Shown one piece after another: positions 48,097 through 61,232 of a stretch of DNA of 64,000 nucleotides. The number at the start of each line of letters is the position of its first letter. The stretch's first letter is position 1. The stretch lies in the NCBI GenBank assembly GCA_964270895.1, contig OZ185445.1; one strand, written 5' to 3'. The DNA is from Podarcis filfolensis (lineage: Eukaryota). The position numbers and the translations under genes were made by a program. The notes below the pieces were generated by a model. The model saw only the letters and a program-made list of their open reading frames with translations. It was not told where the DNA came from and ran no database searches.

Positions 48097-50428
48097 CCTA
48101 GATACCGGTCCTCTGTAAACACTTCTGGATCAAAAATAAAGCACTCGATTCCTGTTTGCAGAAGTAAAACTGAAAGCATTTGATGCACTTCCCAGCCTCC
48201 AAGTGGCAGAGATGGGAGAAACAAATTTATGTTTTGCAAACAAAAGCAGGAGAAGCCCTGTTTCTTTTCTCCCCGTCAATGGCAGGGAGGGGAGAAACAA
48301 GCAATTTTCCAGCGCTTTCTGCCATACGTCCCTTGTGGAGTGGTTCCTGCACAAGGAATTTTGACAGGTGGGAGATTTTGTCCACCTGTCAGTCATCTGG
48401 TGTCATAATGCTGTCACACAATTGACAGGTATGCAGCTCCACCCACCTGTCGCATTTGGCCCACAAGGTGATCTTGAGAAGGATTTGGCCCACAGAGTCA
48501 AAAAAATTCCACCCCGTCCCAAGCCTGGTATGAGCCAGAATATACACTCCTTTATTTAAAAAAGTCCCCTTTCCTTCTTTCAATCCCCAATGAGCAACAT
48601 CCACTAGGGATTCTTTTCAGATTTTAAAAGGTGTGCTTAGCTTCCATTGAGAAAACACCCTGTGTCTTGAAAGACTCATCTAAATGGGATGTTGGAGATG
48701 TGTGATCAGGATTGTGTGGGGCTGCTAATTTGATCAGAGAAGCTGCACTGAGGAGGAATGGCTATTTAAAAAAAAAAATCCATGCCATTTCCCTGATCTA
48801 AATCACTCCCTGAAATTATTTGTTTCCTGGATGTTTCACTCCACAGGACAAACAGAAGCTGGGGGGGTGGGTTGCAATTTAGATCAGGAGAATAACACAG
48901 TAAGAAGCCTTATCCCACCGACCCCAGGCACTGCTTGGGGAAGTTTTTTGACATTTTAAAGAAAAGTTGCAGATGATCTGTGATCATAGATCTCCCATCA
49001 TTGTACAGTACAGAATCGTCATGTGGGGTCTTTCCAAACTGGATCACTGTTGTTTTACTAATTGAAGACCTGCTGACGCAACTTGGTTCTCTTCACTTGC
49101 CACAGCCCTCATCATTTTCTTCCATATAATTAATGTAATTCATTTAATCCAGTTTTAGAGGAGGAACTGAAATAGTGTTCCTCAGGGATTACTTCAGGCC
49201 TCCCTGTCTCAAAGCAATCCAAAATGCCGTGGCTTCCCAGAGCACATTCATATTATAGAAATGTGTATTGAATAAATAATCTGACAGATGCATATGCAGA
49301 CAAGCGACTTGTGTGTTATATTTATCAGCCTCCACACTAGTAAATATTCCATTGTATTACCTCCTTCACAGATAAAGCAAGAATCTCACGGAAATTAGAG
49401 TGCTGATAATTCGCTGGGGTGGTTTATTGCTACCTTCAAGTCATTTCCTGTCTATTAATATAATGTGCCTGAAATATATGAGGCATAAAGTGAAATATTA
49501 GCAGACCTCAGATTTAATAGGATATTGGCCTTAATACACAGCTGTGTGTTTTGCATTTCAGTAAAGCTGGACTGCAAGCATTTTTGAGCAAGCAAAACTA
49601 CAGGGAACATGGTACTGCCTCCCCCCCCCCATTGTTTTCACCACATTTTGAATCTTTCTTTGCTTTGGGAAAATCTGCTTCATTAGTATGTATTGCCATT
49701 CCTACCTTGCTTACCAACCCAGCATAAAATAATCTTGAATTCTTCTGTGCAATGGCAGGAGTCAAATACTGAAGCTGAAACACGTTCCATTTATAAGTAA
49801 AAGCATTTAGAGTGAAGGTCAAACTGCCCAGAAAATCAAATTTCCTTCTAAAACATCTTAGGGCACAAAAGCCAAAAAACATTGCAAGGGACAGCGTCTT
49901 TCAGACATTACAGGCAGTGAAACAAAAATAGAGAAGCATTCTAATCTAATCCACCTTTCATGAATGTACACTTCCTTTGCAGATCACTTGCTATATATAA
50001 ATATTTGTTTATCAGTCATTCCAGCACTTTTAAAAAAGCAAATGATATGGCCAAGTTCATTTCCTGGTTGACATAGCAGCGCATATAGATGCCTGTGTCT
50101 TGATAAGACACAGGAAACATACGGAGAATGCCATGACAGTGGCATGTAATGGACAAAGTTGCAAAGATCCATACAGTTAAGTAAAATTCAACAACTAATA
50201 ACTTTACTCCCATGGTAAATAGTTCCAGACGCCTGACAGCAGGCAGATCTGTTTCAGCAGAAAATGTAATAATGAAAGAACTCTGGCAGGGTCCTAGAGT
50301 CTTCCCGTCTCCTTCCTAAATCCTATAATGGGCTTGCCCAGATTTGGGGAGGATAAGAGACGGTTCTAGGATCCTGCCTGAGTCCTCACACTGCCTTGCC
50401 AAAGCTCGGAAAGCCTGTGCAGGTGTGT

Positions 50429-50936
50429 TGTTGTTGTTGTTGTTTAGTCGTTTAGTCGTGTCCGACTCTTTGTGACCCCATGGACCAGAGCACGCCAGGC
50501 ACCCCTGTCTTCCACTGCCTCCCGCAGTTTGGTCAAACTTATGCTGGTAGCTTCGAGAACACAGTCCAACCATCTCATCCTCTGTCGTCCCCTTCTCCTT
50601 GTGCCCTCAATCTATCCCAACATCAGGGTCTTTTCCAGGGAGTCTTCTCTTCTCATGAGGTGGCCAAAGTATTGGAGCCTCAGCTTCAGGATCTGTCCTT
50701 CCAGTGAGCACTCAGGGCTGATTTCCTTAAGAATGGAGAGGTTTGATCTTCTTGCAGTCCATGGGACTCTCAAGAGTCTCCTCCAACACCATAATTCAAA
50801 AGCATCAATTCTTCGGTGATCAGCCTTCTTTATGGTCCAGCTCTCACTTCCATTCATCACTACTGGGAAAACCATAGCTTTAACTATACAGACCTTTGTT
50901 GGCAAGGTGATGTCTCTGCTTTTTAAGATGCTGTCT
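50429..50936 (-). mobile_element. BovB 3' fragment 1 (with (CAA)n tail)
   Basis: ORF 50612-50950 (SILKSRDITLPTKVCIVKAMVFP...); tail (TTG)n TTTAGTCGTTTAGTCG on the plus strand. Confidence 0.93.
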
Positions 50937-51049
50937 GTACATCTCCTCATTACAATGTGTGTGAGAGAGAATATTTAGCACTATAAATGTGCCTGGCGTG
51001 AGAACAACAAGGAGACACGTCCCTTCCTTAGGGAGTTTATACTCTAAAA

Positions 51050-51180
51050 CAGGGGTCAGCAACCTTTTTCAGCTGTGGGCTGGTCCACCGTCCCTCAGAC
51101 CATATTCTGAAAAAAAAGAATAATGAATGAATTCCTATGCCCCACAAATAACCCAGAGATGTATTTTAAATAAAAGGACA
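51050..51180. mobile_element. Left half of the hAT MITE family seen at 6106
   Basis: CAGGGGTCAGCAA...GAATTCCTATGCCCCACAAATAACCCAGAGAT, cut off at the TGTCAG start of the next element. Confidence 0.82.
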
Positions 51181-51637
51181 TGTCAGAGCTGCCCGAGGTC
51201 CCAGCTCACAAAGGACCAACACCACTTCGTTGTTAAATACGAAAGTCTTTATTGAAGTTCAGTTTCACTTCCAGAGCCGCAGCGTGCAGCTCTACGTCTC
51301 AACTTTTAGACCGCTGATGCTCCGTCTGAGTCTCCTCCCCCCAGACACCAGTTTAAGACTCTAGCCTTACTCCACCTCTTCCTCTGTTCTTTCCGCCTCT
51401 GGTTCCGCCTGTCCGTTGGGGTCTCGCCCTTTCTAGACTCTTCTGACGCTGAATCCCCTGAGCCTTCCCCCTCCCTCCGGCGGGCTTTAGGAGCTGGTTC
51501 CCCATCCGGGTCTCCTGCTGTCCCCCGCGCCTGTACATTTGAACTTGGCGCGCGCGCCCAGCCAGCAACTTTCCTCCTGACCGTTTCACTGCTGCTGTCA
51601 CTGCTTCCCCCTTCGGGGAGGCTAGCTGCAACTGACC
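51181..51637 (-). mobile_element. LTR/DIRS-like element, truncated on the right by BovB sequence
   Basis: Begins TGTCAG, minus-strand AATAAA at ~51249-51254, GC/CpG-rich; no matching right end. Confidence 0.55.
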
Positions 51638-52066
51638 TCCGACTCTTCATGACTCCATGGACAAGAGCACGCCAGGCACTCCTGTCTTCCACTGCCTCCT
51701 GCAGTTTGGTCAAATTCATGCTGGTAGCTTTGAGAACACTATCCAACCATCTCGTCCTCTGTTCTCCTTGTGCCCTCCATCTTTCCCAACATCAGGGTCT
51801 TTTCCAGGGAGGTGGCCTCTTCTCATGAGGTGGCCAAAGTATTGGAGCCTCAGCTTCAGGATCTGTCCTTCCAGTGAGCACTCAGGGCTGATTTCCTTCA
51901 GAATGGATAGATTTGATCTTCTTGTAGTCCATGGGACTCTCAAGAGCCTCCTCCAACACCACAATTCAAAAGCATCAATTCTTCGGTGATCAGCCTTCTT
52001 TATGGTCCAGCTCTCACTTCCATACATCCCTACTGGGAAAACCATAGCTTTAACTATACAGACCTT
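51638..52066 (-). mobile_element. BovB 3' fragment 2 (lacks the tail, 5'-truncated)
   Basis: ORF 51716-52045 (MVFPVGMYGSESWTIKKADHRRIDAFELWCWRR...). Confidence 0.92.
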
Positions 52067-52348
52067 TGTGCAGGTGTGTAGGGAGGAATAAATAAACGTA
52101 CAGTGGGTTTCCTCTGCTCTTTCTTTCTTTATTTATTTATTTCCCCACTCCCATCCCACCCTGTGGAAAGCTGCAATCACATAAGTAAAGTAAGTGTTAG
52201 ACACATGTTAACCTGTAGTTATAAAAAGTTTCCTTAATGGAAATTTGTAAACTCTTTGGCGGCAGAGGGGAGAATAAAGATGATGAAACAACAAGAAGTG
52301 TCTATTGCAACTGAATAGCAAGTCTCTAGTATAAATATTAGGCACTTA

Positions 52349-52518
52349 CCATAGTTTTCCGTGTATAATACTAGGTTTTTTTATTTAAAAAATTATGTTC
52401 AAAATTGTGGGTTGTCGTACACACAGATACAATCTCCCCCCTCATTTTCTCAGTTTGGAGTCCACAAAAATAGGGGATGTGTTATACATGGGGGGGTGTT
52501 ATACATGGAGAAATACGG
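52349..52518. mobile_element. Tc1/mariner-type MITE, termini related to the 36187 element
   Basis: TA|CCATAGTTTTCCGTGTATAA...TTATACATGGAGAAATACGG|TA. Confidence 0.7.
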
Positions 52519-52566
52519 TATTTTGTTTGTGCATTGACAGTGCAGGCCCATGCATGGTTACTCAAA

Positions 52567-52598
52567 AGTAAGTCCTACTGAATTCAGTAGGACTTACT
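52567..52598. repeat. Perfect 32-bp palindrome, core of a short hairpin repeat family
   Basis: AGTAAGTCCTACTGAA|TTCAGTAGGACTTACT. Confidence 0.92.
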
Positions 52599-54729
52599 CC
52601 CAGGTAATTGGCCTAAGACTTCACCCTAAATATTTCCTTTTGTGATACAGCCTATGTATTCCTGGGAGCATCACTGAAGCTCTACCTTATTCCTCTGATG
52701 GCCGTGTCGAAGGGCATTAAATAATGTATAAATGATATTCTTGTGAGACCTAATCTCCGCATTTGCTTCTCGATGAGGAAGTTAGCTCTGGCAGGAAATG
52801 ATAAATAAGTAACCATATGAAATGGTTCACTTTGCCCCGTCCTGCACACTAACCAAAGGCAAAAAGATTCCTTTGTATCTCATCCTCTCAAAGCAATTTG
52901 CAGCAACTGAAAACCTCTTCATCCAATCTCTGTGCCAATATAATGTATGTGCAATGATTGATCAAGTTGCAAAATGAATCTTGAATTATATTTCTGTTAA
53001 CACTCCACTTGTAAGAATATCTGCAGGACTGTGTTTATGTGATCTCATCAGAAGACTCCTGAAGGCATTTCTACTACATATAAGGCTTTTATTTCCAGAT
53101 GCTATTGATTTTTCCAAATAAAATTAGGATCGATTCTTTTTTAAGCATTTAGTTCCATTATAGTAGCTTGCCCTGCTATAAATGTTAGTGACATAATGTT
53201 AGTTACAAAAAATCCAGGAATACATATTTCCAAAGGCAGAGAGATATTATTATTATTGCTATCATCATCATCATCACCATCAATTTATAAATCACCTCCT
53301 ACACTAGATCTCAAGGCGATGTATAACAAAAGCAGCAAAAACTACTTAAAAACACAGAAAGCGACCAGTGCATTAAATTGAAAAGCAACTGAAGGAAGAG
53401 GCATAAAGAAATTTGCTGCAACTTTTCTTGTACCTCTGAGGTTGTATGCTAAGCAGAGGCAGATTTCGGGTGCAATGCCTTGGGGTGCCACAGGGGGCAC
53501 CACAACTATGAGGCAGAGTAGAAGGTAGGAGGTGGGGAGAATAGGCTGTTGCTAAGGTCTATGCACATGGAAGTCTCTCCTTTTTTACCTACCAATGAGC
53601 AGAGGCTTCCAATATAACCACAGAGGTGGAAAAGCTTAAAGCAAATATCTTAAACCTTCCTCACTCCCTAGTTTTTTAAATGGAAAGATCACCTGCCTGG
53701 CCTTTGCAAAATATGTATTCCTGGATCCCTGCAACTTAAATCTTGGCTTCAGTGAGTTAAGTGGAGCCAAGATCTCACTGTGTTTTGTCCCATATTTATA
53801 CATCCTTGTGCCAACTGTGACTTTAAAAAAATCTCTGCAATGTGGCATAAAGCCATCAATTATATTACCGTTATATGGAAGTGTGCTCTGAGAAAAGTAC
53901 TTGGGGACAGTCCAACGTGAAGAGTGAATTCTCGATTTTAGGCCATGCCTGCACTGCAGGTTAGCTTGTTTCTATTTAGCGCAAGGCTGGCTTGACTCAG
54001 CACATACAATTTTCGCAATGCAGTTGTATGTGGTTGTCTATTTCTTCCAGAGTTCTCATACTATACTGCAGGCAAATCCAGTGCACAGAATTTCAGCTCA
54101 TTTTTTAATAATGTTGGGTTTGGGGGATTTTTAATGATCACCGCCATCATTATTTTTAAAAAAATAATATTTCCAAATATACATAATATTCGTAGCAATT
54201 TTCATGCAGTGATGATCAAAAGAGGAGAAGACGAAAACCTCACAAATAATTTAAATTTGTTTAAATAAGACATATGGCTGAGTATTATCTCAAAATCTGA
54301 ACAATGTAGGGACATATTTCAATAAATTGGTTAACTGTTCACCCCTGAATTTGGAAATTTTGACTTGCACTGTAGTGGATACCAGACTAACTTCATTACA
54401 TCATGGGATGAGCTAGGAGTTCAGAAACTGTGAAAATTGCTTGGCTGTGTGACATGTCAGAGCACATAAATGGTCAGCGCACTACAAAAAAACTGCAACT
54501 CCAGATAAAAGCTGCTGGAGAGCAGATGATAGAGCAGGGAAACAGAAGCAGACTACTTAACCCTTTCTCCGCCCACCATTTTCCTGCTCCAAATAACTCC
54601 CCGAAGTTGCTTCTTCCTATCCCCTCATGGCTTTACACTGTTCATACATTACTCTGAACGCAAGCATATGTAGAGGAAGGGGCAGAATCATAGACAGTTG
54701 CATTTATTAGCCCTGCTACTCACTCTTCA

Positions 54730-55070
54730 GTCTTTAAAGAGATCTAAAGACTGTCTCAAGGCAAATCTAAAAAAATGTAGTATAAACACTGACAACTGGG
54801 AAACACTGGTCTGCGAGCGCTCCAGTTGGAGAACAGCCTTCACCAAAGGTGTCATGGGCTTTGAAGACACTCGAACTCAGGATGCAAGAGAGAAACATGC
54901 TAAGAGGAAGGCACACTTGGCAAATCAACTCCCGCCCGGAAACCAATGTCCCCACTGTGGAGGGACGTGTGGATCCAGAATTGGCCTCCACGGTCACTTA
55001 CGGACTCATTGTTAAAACCGTGTTTATGGAAGACAATCTTACTCGGCTACGAGTGATCGCCAAAGAAAAA
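54730..55070 (+). mobile_element. RTE-clade LINE 3' end with C-terminal C2H2 finger
   Basis: KRSKDCLKANLKKCSINTDNWETL..RSSWR...CPHCGGTCGSRIGLHGHLRTHC*. Confidence 0.85.
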
Positions 55071-56209
55071 GCTTGGTCTATGCAACCTATTTGGACAGAG
55101 CCTGCAGTCCCCAAAAGCAATTATCATTGTGCAAGGAAGAGAGCAGGAATTAGCCTGTTGGCATTGTCGCACCATTGCATCCTCACTGCCAGTTACATCA
55201 CCTTCCATGTACTGAGACAGGAAATGTCTCCTGCAAGGGAGAGGCCTTCTCCACTCATAGAGACACACATGTGCAGACTTTAATATTTAACCTGGCATTT
55301 CAGGACTCATCCCCACTGTCCTCTTTGCATGATGGCAACCACACAGTGGTGGTGGTAAGGATACCTGAATCGGGATTCTGAGCTCACCATTTGTAAGTGC
55401 GTAGACTTTCTTGAATATTACTTACACGGAATGTTTATGCCTGATATGGACCAACCAAATGAAGCTTTGGGAACTCCTGTCTTAGGGGATGCACTTTTAG
55501 CAAGGAATCTTCGTAGGTGCTTGCAATCATCAGCCATCAGTTTAGATATGGCCATCAGGTGCCATCAGGGCAGGATTTGGGGGCAGAAACCCACTCAGCA
55601 GGATGAGCAGGAAGGTCCCCAAGGGCAACAGGGCTGGCTCACTACATTTTGAAGTAAGTGAATTAAGAAACACGGCCATTTCAGGAGCATACGGCCATTA
55701 AGCCCAGAGTCTAAAATTACTTAAGTGCACAACAGATGACTTGAAGAAGCAGGGATGGCTGAAACTGGAAACAAACCTAAGGGCATAAAATTAAGGGAAA
55801 CATTATAACTTGCAGTGGGAGACAGGAATGCCTGGATGTGGAGCAGCAAGAAGCAGAGCAACAAATGAACCAAGCAGGCAAGACAGTAAAAGGGAAGACG
55901 TACTCTTTTTCCATTCTTCTTAGTACTCACTCTGTTTTCTATGCCTCTGTTGTTTGGCCTCTCAGCATTTGTGGAGCAGTTCCTCTGTGTTATTTAATAC
56001 AAGAGCCAGACTGCAGCTCCCTCCCACTGTCTGTTGGATTCCACATTCATTGCCTCAGGAGATTCCTTTCTGTTTCCACATATGTTTTACCACCTTGGGC
56101 CTCAGTGAGTGACATCTGGCACAGGTTGCACCATGCATATGCCCAGGTTGGACTTCCGTTTGTTTGCCTCTTAGTCTTCATATTCTGTGGCCAATTCAGC
56201 ATGGGTGGG

Positions 56210-57045
56210 AGGATGGAGAGACTCCCTGAGGAAGTCAGGTTGCAGTGTTTGGGACATTTTAGTTTCAAGAAAAGGCAAGTAAAAGGTGACATGATAGACA
56301 TTTATAAAATTGTGCATGGCATGAAGAAAGAGGAGTTAGAAATGTCCGTCCCCCCTCTTGTAACCCTAGAACTCATGGACAACCAGTGAAGCTGAATCTT
56401 AGAAATTTTGGGACAGAGAAAGGCAAATACTACTTCACATAGCTAATGGTTAAATTATGGAGCTCACCCCCCCAGGAGGCAGTGATGGGTACTGTTACGT
56501 ACTAAGCTTGGATCCTAGAACGATAGGCAAGTAGGATCCTAGAATGCAACAACTGATTGGCTTGCATGAAAAGACCAATCAGGCTCCAGGAGGAAGTTAA
56601 TCAGCCTATTAGACTGGTAGGATTGTAGAATGCAACACTGATTGGCCTGCAGGAAAAGGCCAATCAGGCACCAGAAGGGAAGCAGAATCAGCCAGTCAGA
56701 CAGGACTCATTGTGTAAATAATGTATATAAAAGCCTGAGGTTTGAGGGGCAATTCAATCACTGGTTTACAAGCTGCAATAAAGAGCATGAAATCATTACA
56801 GGACCCCGGGTATATTTCAGGTACCAACCTAGATGACTTTAAAAGAGAATTAGACAAATGAATGGAGGAGAGAGCTACTGATGGCTACTAGCCATGATGG
56901 CTAAGCTCTGCCTCCACAGTTGAAGGGAGAGTGCTCTTGAGCTCAGATCCTGACAGTGGGTTTTCCCACAGGCATTGGGGCATCATCTACTGTGAGAACA
57001 GGCTGCTGGACTAGATGATCCAGCAGGCCTTTGTGTTCTCAAACC
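56210..57045 (+). mobile_element. CR1 3' fragment (56210-56492 plus 56820-57045) split by a solo LTR
   Basis: MERLPEEVRLQCLGHFSFKKRQVKGDMIDIYKIVHG; the 3'UTR resumes after the LTR. Confidence 0.8.
56493..56819 (+). mobile_element. Solo LTR, 327 bp
   Basis: TG...CA ends; 5-bp TSD GGTAC at 56488-56492 and 56820-56824; TATATAAAA ~56724 and AATAAA ~56777. Confidence 0.88.
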
Positions 57046-57287
57046 GCTGTTGGCAGCGTAAAAACTGTAACATATTCTACTGGCTACTGAGACCTAATTT
57101 CAGTAGGGAAGGGGACCTTGTGGATGCCAGGAACATAAGAAGCTGCCTTGTACAGAGTCAGACCATCGATCTGTCTACACTGACTGGCAGCAGCAGAGCT
57201 GAGTTCCCTGGGAAGAGAGTTTGATGGTTAAACTGCTCTGAGATCTATAGATCTGCAAAGGGGAAAGGGAGGTCTCCCAACAACTCT

Positions 57288-57650
57288 CTTTTTTCATATT
57301 TTATTTTCAATTTTCAATAATTTAACAATTCAACGTCCAAATTACTTACTTATTCATCCCTTCTATGCTTCCTCAATTTCTCCCCTTTATTACTTTACAC
57401 ATCTTTAGTTTTCCATTCGGTTACAAGTCCATTGATAACCCTAATTCACATTACTTCATAGATGCTATGTCAATCCTGCTAATGTTTTTAAGTCTTTACA
57501 GTGGACTTTAGTAAATTTAAATTTAGTCCAGTCTTGTATAAACTTTTTTTCATCTTGGTCCCGGATTTTCACGGTTATCTTTGCCATTTCGGCGTCGTCT
57601 ACCATCTTAGTTATCCATTCTTCCTTCTTTCCAAATGTCTCCCAACATTG
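57288..57650 (-). mobile_element. L1-clade 3' end (different subfamily from 6546/9857)
   Basis: Minus strand encodes ..EEWITKMVDDAEMAKITVKIRDQDEKKFIQDW.., similar to the L1 ORF2 end, followed by a T-run on the plus strand. Confidence 0.7.
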
Positions 57651-58842
57651 TCAACAAACTATTGTCCCCAGAATTCTTTGGGGGAAGCCATGACTGTTTA
57701 AAGTGGTATAATACTGTTTTAAATGTATAGTGCATGCAGGTCCTGGCAGAATGTAAGCCCTACCCCTTTTAAGGTACATGGATCTGCATTTCATCTTTAT
57801 AAGGCTCCTGTTTATGTTTGTGGTTCATGGCTCTTCCTCTCCCTTCCAACCAAGTGTGTTGAAGGACTGGGCTGTTTAACCGTATAGAGTGCTTTTTCCT
57901 CTCACAGCTGCTTAGAGAGCATCCCCTGGAGCACTTTTTCAGGATTTCTTCTCAGTAGCTCCTGCCTGGGAGCCCAGCTGTACCCCACTCATTTACCCAT
58001 CTGCTTTCTAACACACACACACCCTTCTTTTCTGGAACTATTTGGAATTGCTTCAGTTGGGCAAGCTCGGAATTTACATACACCTGTATCAGTAAACGAA
58101 AGCTAGAAGAAGAGAAATTAATTATATGGGAATTATTGGAGTTAAGGGTGGTGACGTAGCCAAAAAAAGAGAAAACATATCACTAAAAAAGTAGGGAAAG
58201 TAAAATAGTTTTTGCATATGCTAGTATTATATATAGATGCAAATTTTGAAAGAATTTTTGGAATTTAAATTTTGCAGAAAGCAAGTAATTTCCCATGCAA
58301 ATCAATTCCCCCTCAATGAATTTACTTCACATTAATCCTCATTATTCACCCAAAACCTGCCCCAAATCCATTATTTTGCAATTAGCCCTCAATCCTATTC
58401 CCCCCCCCCGACAGTAGTTCCAAAAAAGAAATGAAAATATATGGGTGGGTATATATACCCCCTTGTTATTGCATCTTTCTGTCCAATGAAGTGTGTGTGG
58501 GGGGGTATTCTGGGGACATTCGTAGAGAATTGAGAGATGTTTTATTTTTGAGTGAAGGGGGTAATTCTTAAATTTAAAATTGTGAGGTGGGCCAAGGGCT
58601 CTTTTAAAGGCAAAAGCTGCAAGAAATGACTATGAAAAACTGCAGACATGAGCTTTCAAAATGGTGGCTGGAATGGCCATGGAAAAAATGTGATGATGTA
58701 GCATTGGTTCCAGGGACATTGCATAGAAAATGTCTGTGGGAAGAAGGTGGAAAAGAAACAAAGATGGATGACCCCATAGGTGTTCTATCTAGTGATGTTC
58801 CAGTTACATTTTGAAAGTCCAACTTGCCTAATTGGCTGACCA

Positions 58843-58993
58843 TACACTATACCTTTAAAGCACACTCAATCCCTCAAAGAATTCTGGGTACTGTAGTTTA
58901 CCTCTCACAGAGTCCCAGCAACACTTAACAAACTATAGTGTCCAGAATTCTTTGAGAGTGGAAATGTGTTTTGAATGTGTTCTATAGGGTGCG
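58843..58993. mobile_element. Palindromic short element (CAGAATTCTTTG / CAAAGAATTCTG family; fragments also near 29565-29670, 31520-31670, 57660-57740)
   Basis: Internal inverted repeats CTCAAAGAATTCTGG...CCAGAATTCTTTGAG. Confidence 0.6.
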
Positions 58994-61232
58994 TGCTGCC
59001 ATTGCCTGTTGAAATTAAGTTTTTTGAAAGTAAAAGAAGGAGAAAGAAAACCAGTTGCTCTAATAATAAACCAGAGGTGCCAGATTTTCCCCAATATTGA
59101 GGGTGCCCAGCCCCTTTCCAACAAACACTGAGGGGGGTGAAGAAATGTTTGCTGGGGTACCCAAAATTATGGTAATAAATCAAAACAATAAAGGTGGATA
59201 TATGTGAGTACAGCAAAGCATAAGCTGTCAACATGTTCTACCTCTTTTTAATCTGCACTTGAAAGTAATCAATTCTGTTCTTTTTTCAAAGAATCACATT
59301 GATTGACAGTCTATCCTGGATAAGAAAGTTTGCTATCAGCTATTGGAGAAAAATGTTCATTTTGTAGGGCAGTCACTGGGAAGTGAACGGAAGCAATGAT
59401 ATTAGCAACTACACCAGTTGCCTGGCCATTCAGTGTCATTCTAAGGGTTGTATGGTGGAATTAGCATTAAATTTCTAACAGTTGAGAGAAGAATGATAAT
59501 ATTTCTTCCACGTCCTAAATCCTTGAGACAAGGTAGGCTATTCATCAAAATAAAGGAATACTAAAATGTTATCAAATTATCAGAAACTCATTCAGCATTG
59601 ATTATCTATCTATGCAGTTCAGGTGTTGCAAATCAGATCTGGCTGTGGAAGCTTGTTGACAGACAGAGTTAATAGAAGACAATTGTAATAAGACTTAGTG
59701 GTTCAGAAAAAACAAATAACCTTTTAATTTGACTCAGGAAGGAAGAAGGGAAAATCCTCAATATCCTCTCATTTGCCTTCTCACTTTTTGGGTCCAGTGG
59801 AGAAAGACAAGGTCTTAGATAAGAAGACCTACGTCTGCCATAGGAAGACATCTTTCACTTTTGCTCTTTTGCTGCAAGCAGGGAATGTTTCAAATTATGA
59901 GTGCTATAAAACTGGCAATTTTATTTGTCATGCAATAAAAGAACTTGTTTTCCCAATGGCCCAAATTACGTCTTGATGTTGTTAGCAAATATAGCCTAAT
60001 GAATCCTAAATAACATACACTGGTATCTCTGATGTTCTAGCGATTCTATGTGGTGACTGTCCATGCCGGAAATGTCATCCACAGCAACTTTGCACGTGGA
60101 AACTCATCACACTGAGGTATTAGTGCCAGGACTGTGGTCAAGAGGAGTCTCAGACGAGCCTTTTAGGCAGCCAGTTCAACCTGTATGAAAATTGGCAGAT
60201 AGAACGCTTCCCCTCATCTACTTCCACCCTGAACATGGGGCCACCAATCATCAAGCATCTTGTGGGAAGCATTGCAGGAGAGAAAGGGATTGCAGGCAAA
60301 GACCATCTCATAGTCTTCTTCTTCAGCTGGACTCATTTGTACCAAAAATATCCATATGATTTTTCACATATTTATTGAGGATTCAAAAAATGTAGTTTAA
60401 CATTTCTTATAAGCCACCTTGGAAAAATGGGGTGCAAATAATTGTAATAAACAAATGAATAATTTCTAGAGAAGTTATTACCAAAGCTGTGTTGGCTCAA
60501 GTAATGAGGCAGAGGCTTCACGTCAGGCCAGGCCCTTGGCTCTCCTGAATAAAGATAGGGACTGCAGTAGCAAAGGAATGAACAAATGAACAAACTGCAA
60601 GCATAAGGGTTATGCCATTGACTGACATATCCACTAGCATTTCTCCTCTTTAAAACATTGCTGTCTTTAGCTATCTTCCTTTTCATTCTGGAGCAGCTTA
60701 GGCCAGTGACCACCAGCCTTCTTGAACCAGTAGGCCATTTGGAATTTTGAGAAAGTATTGTGGGTACCAGACACAAAATGGCTGCCATGCGGTCATATAA
60801 TGGATGTTGTGCGAGTGTGGCATAATGCAAATGGGGCTACATCCCAATTGCTGCCACATCACAGAGCATGAGAAAAGAGACAAGACCACAAAATGTTGTA
60901 GACATGCCCTCCCATCTGCCACCCCATAAATGGGGGAGAAAGGCAGCCAAATCAGCCACTTCTGCACTTGCTTACAGAAAGCAGCTATTTGTGGCCCTCC
61001 TATGTTCATCATATCCTGATATCCAGTGAAATGTGGGCATGTTTAAGAGGGTGTTTCAGTGTAAGAGAGGCCGACCTGGTGCAAACGGAAATTGAGCATG
61101 AAAGTCTCTCATATCTTGTGTTTTTGAGGGAATATTTACTGAGACCTTTTGTGGGTGCCATAGCAGATATTGGTGGGCACACAGGAAGCAATGAGGGGCA
61201 GCACCAGAAAAAAATATGGGGCACAGATGCGG

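Noticed and set aside
55838-56389. 183-aa ORF
   Set aside because: Chance fusion of unique sequence with a CR1 RT remnant; no splice or promoter support.
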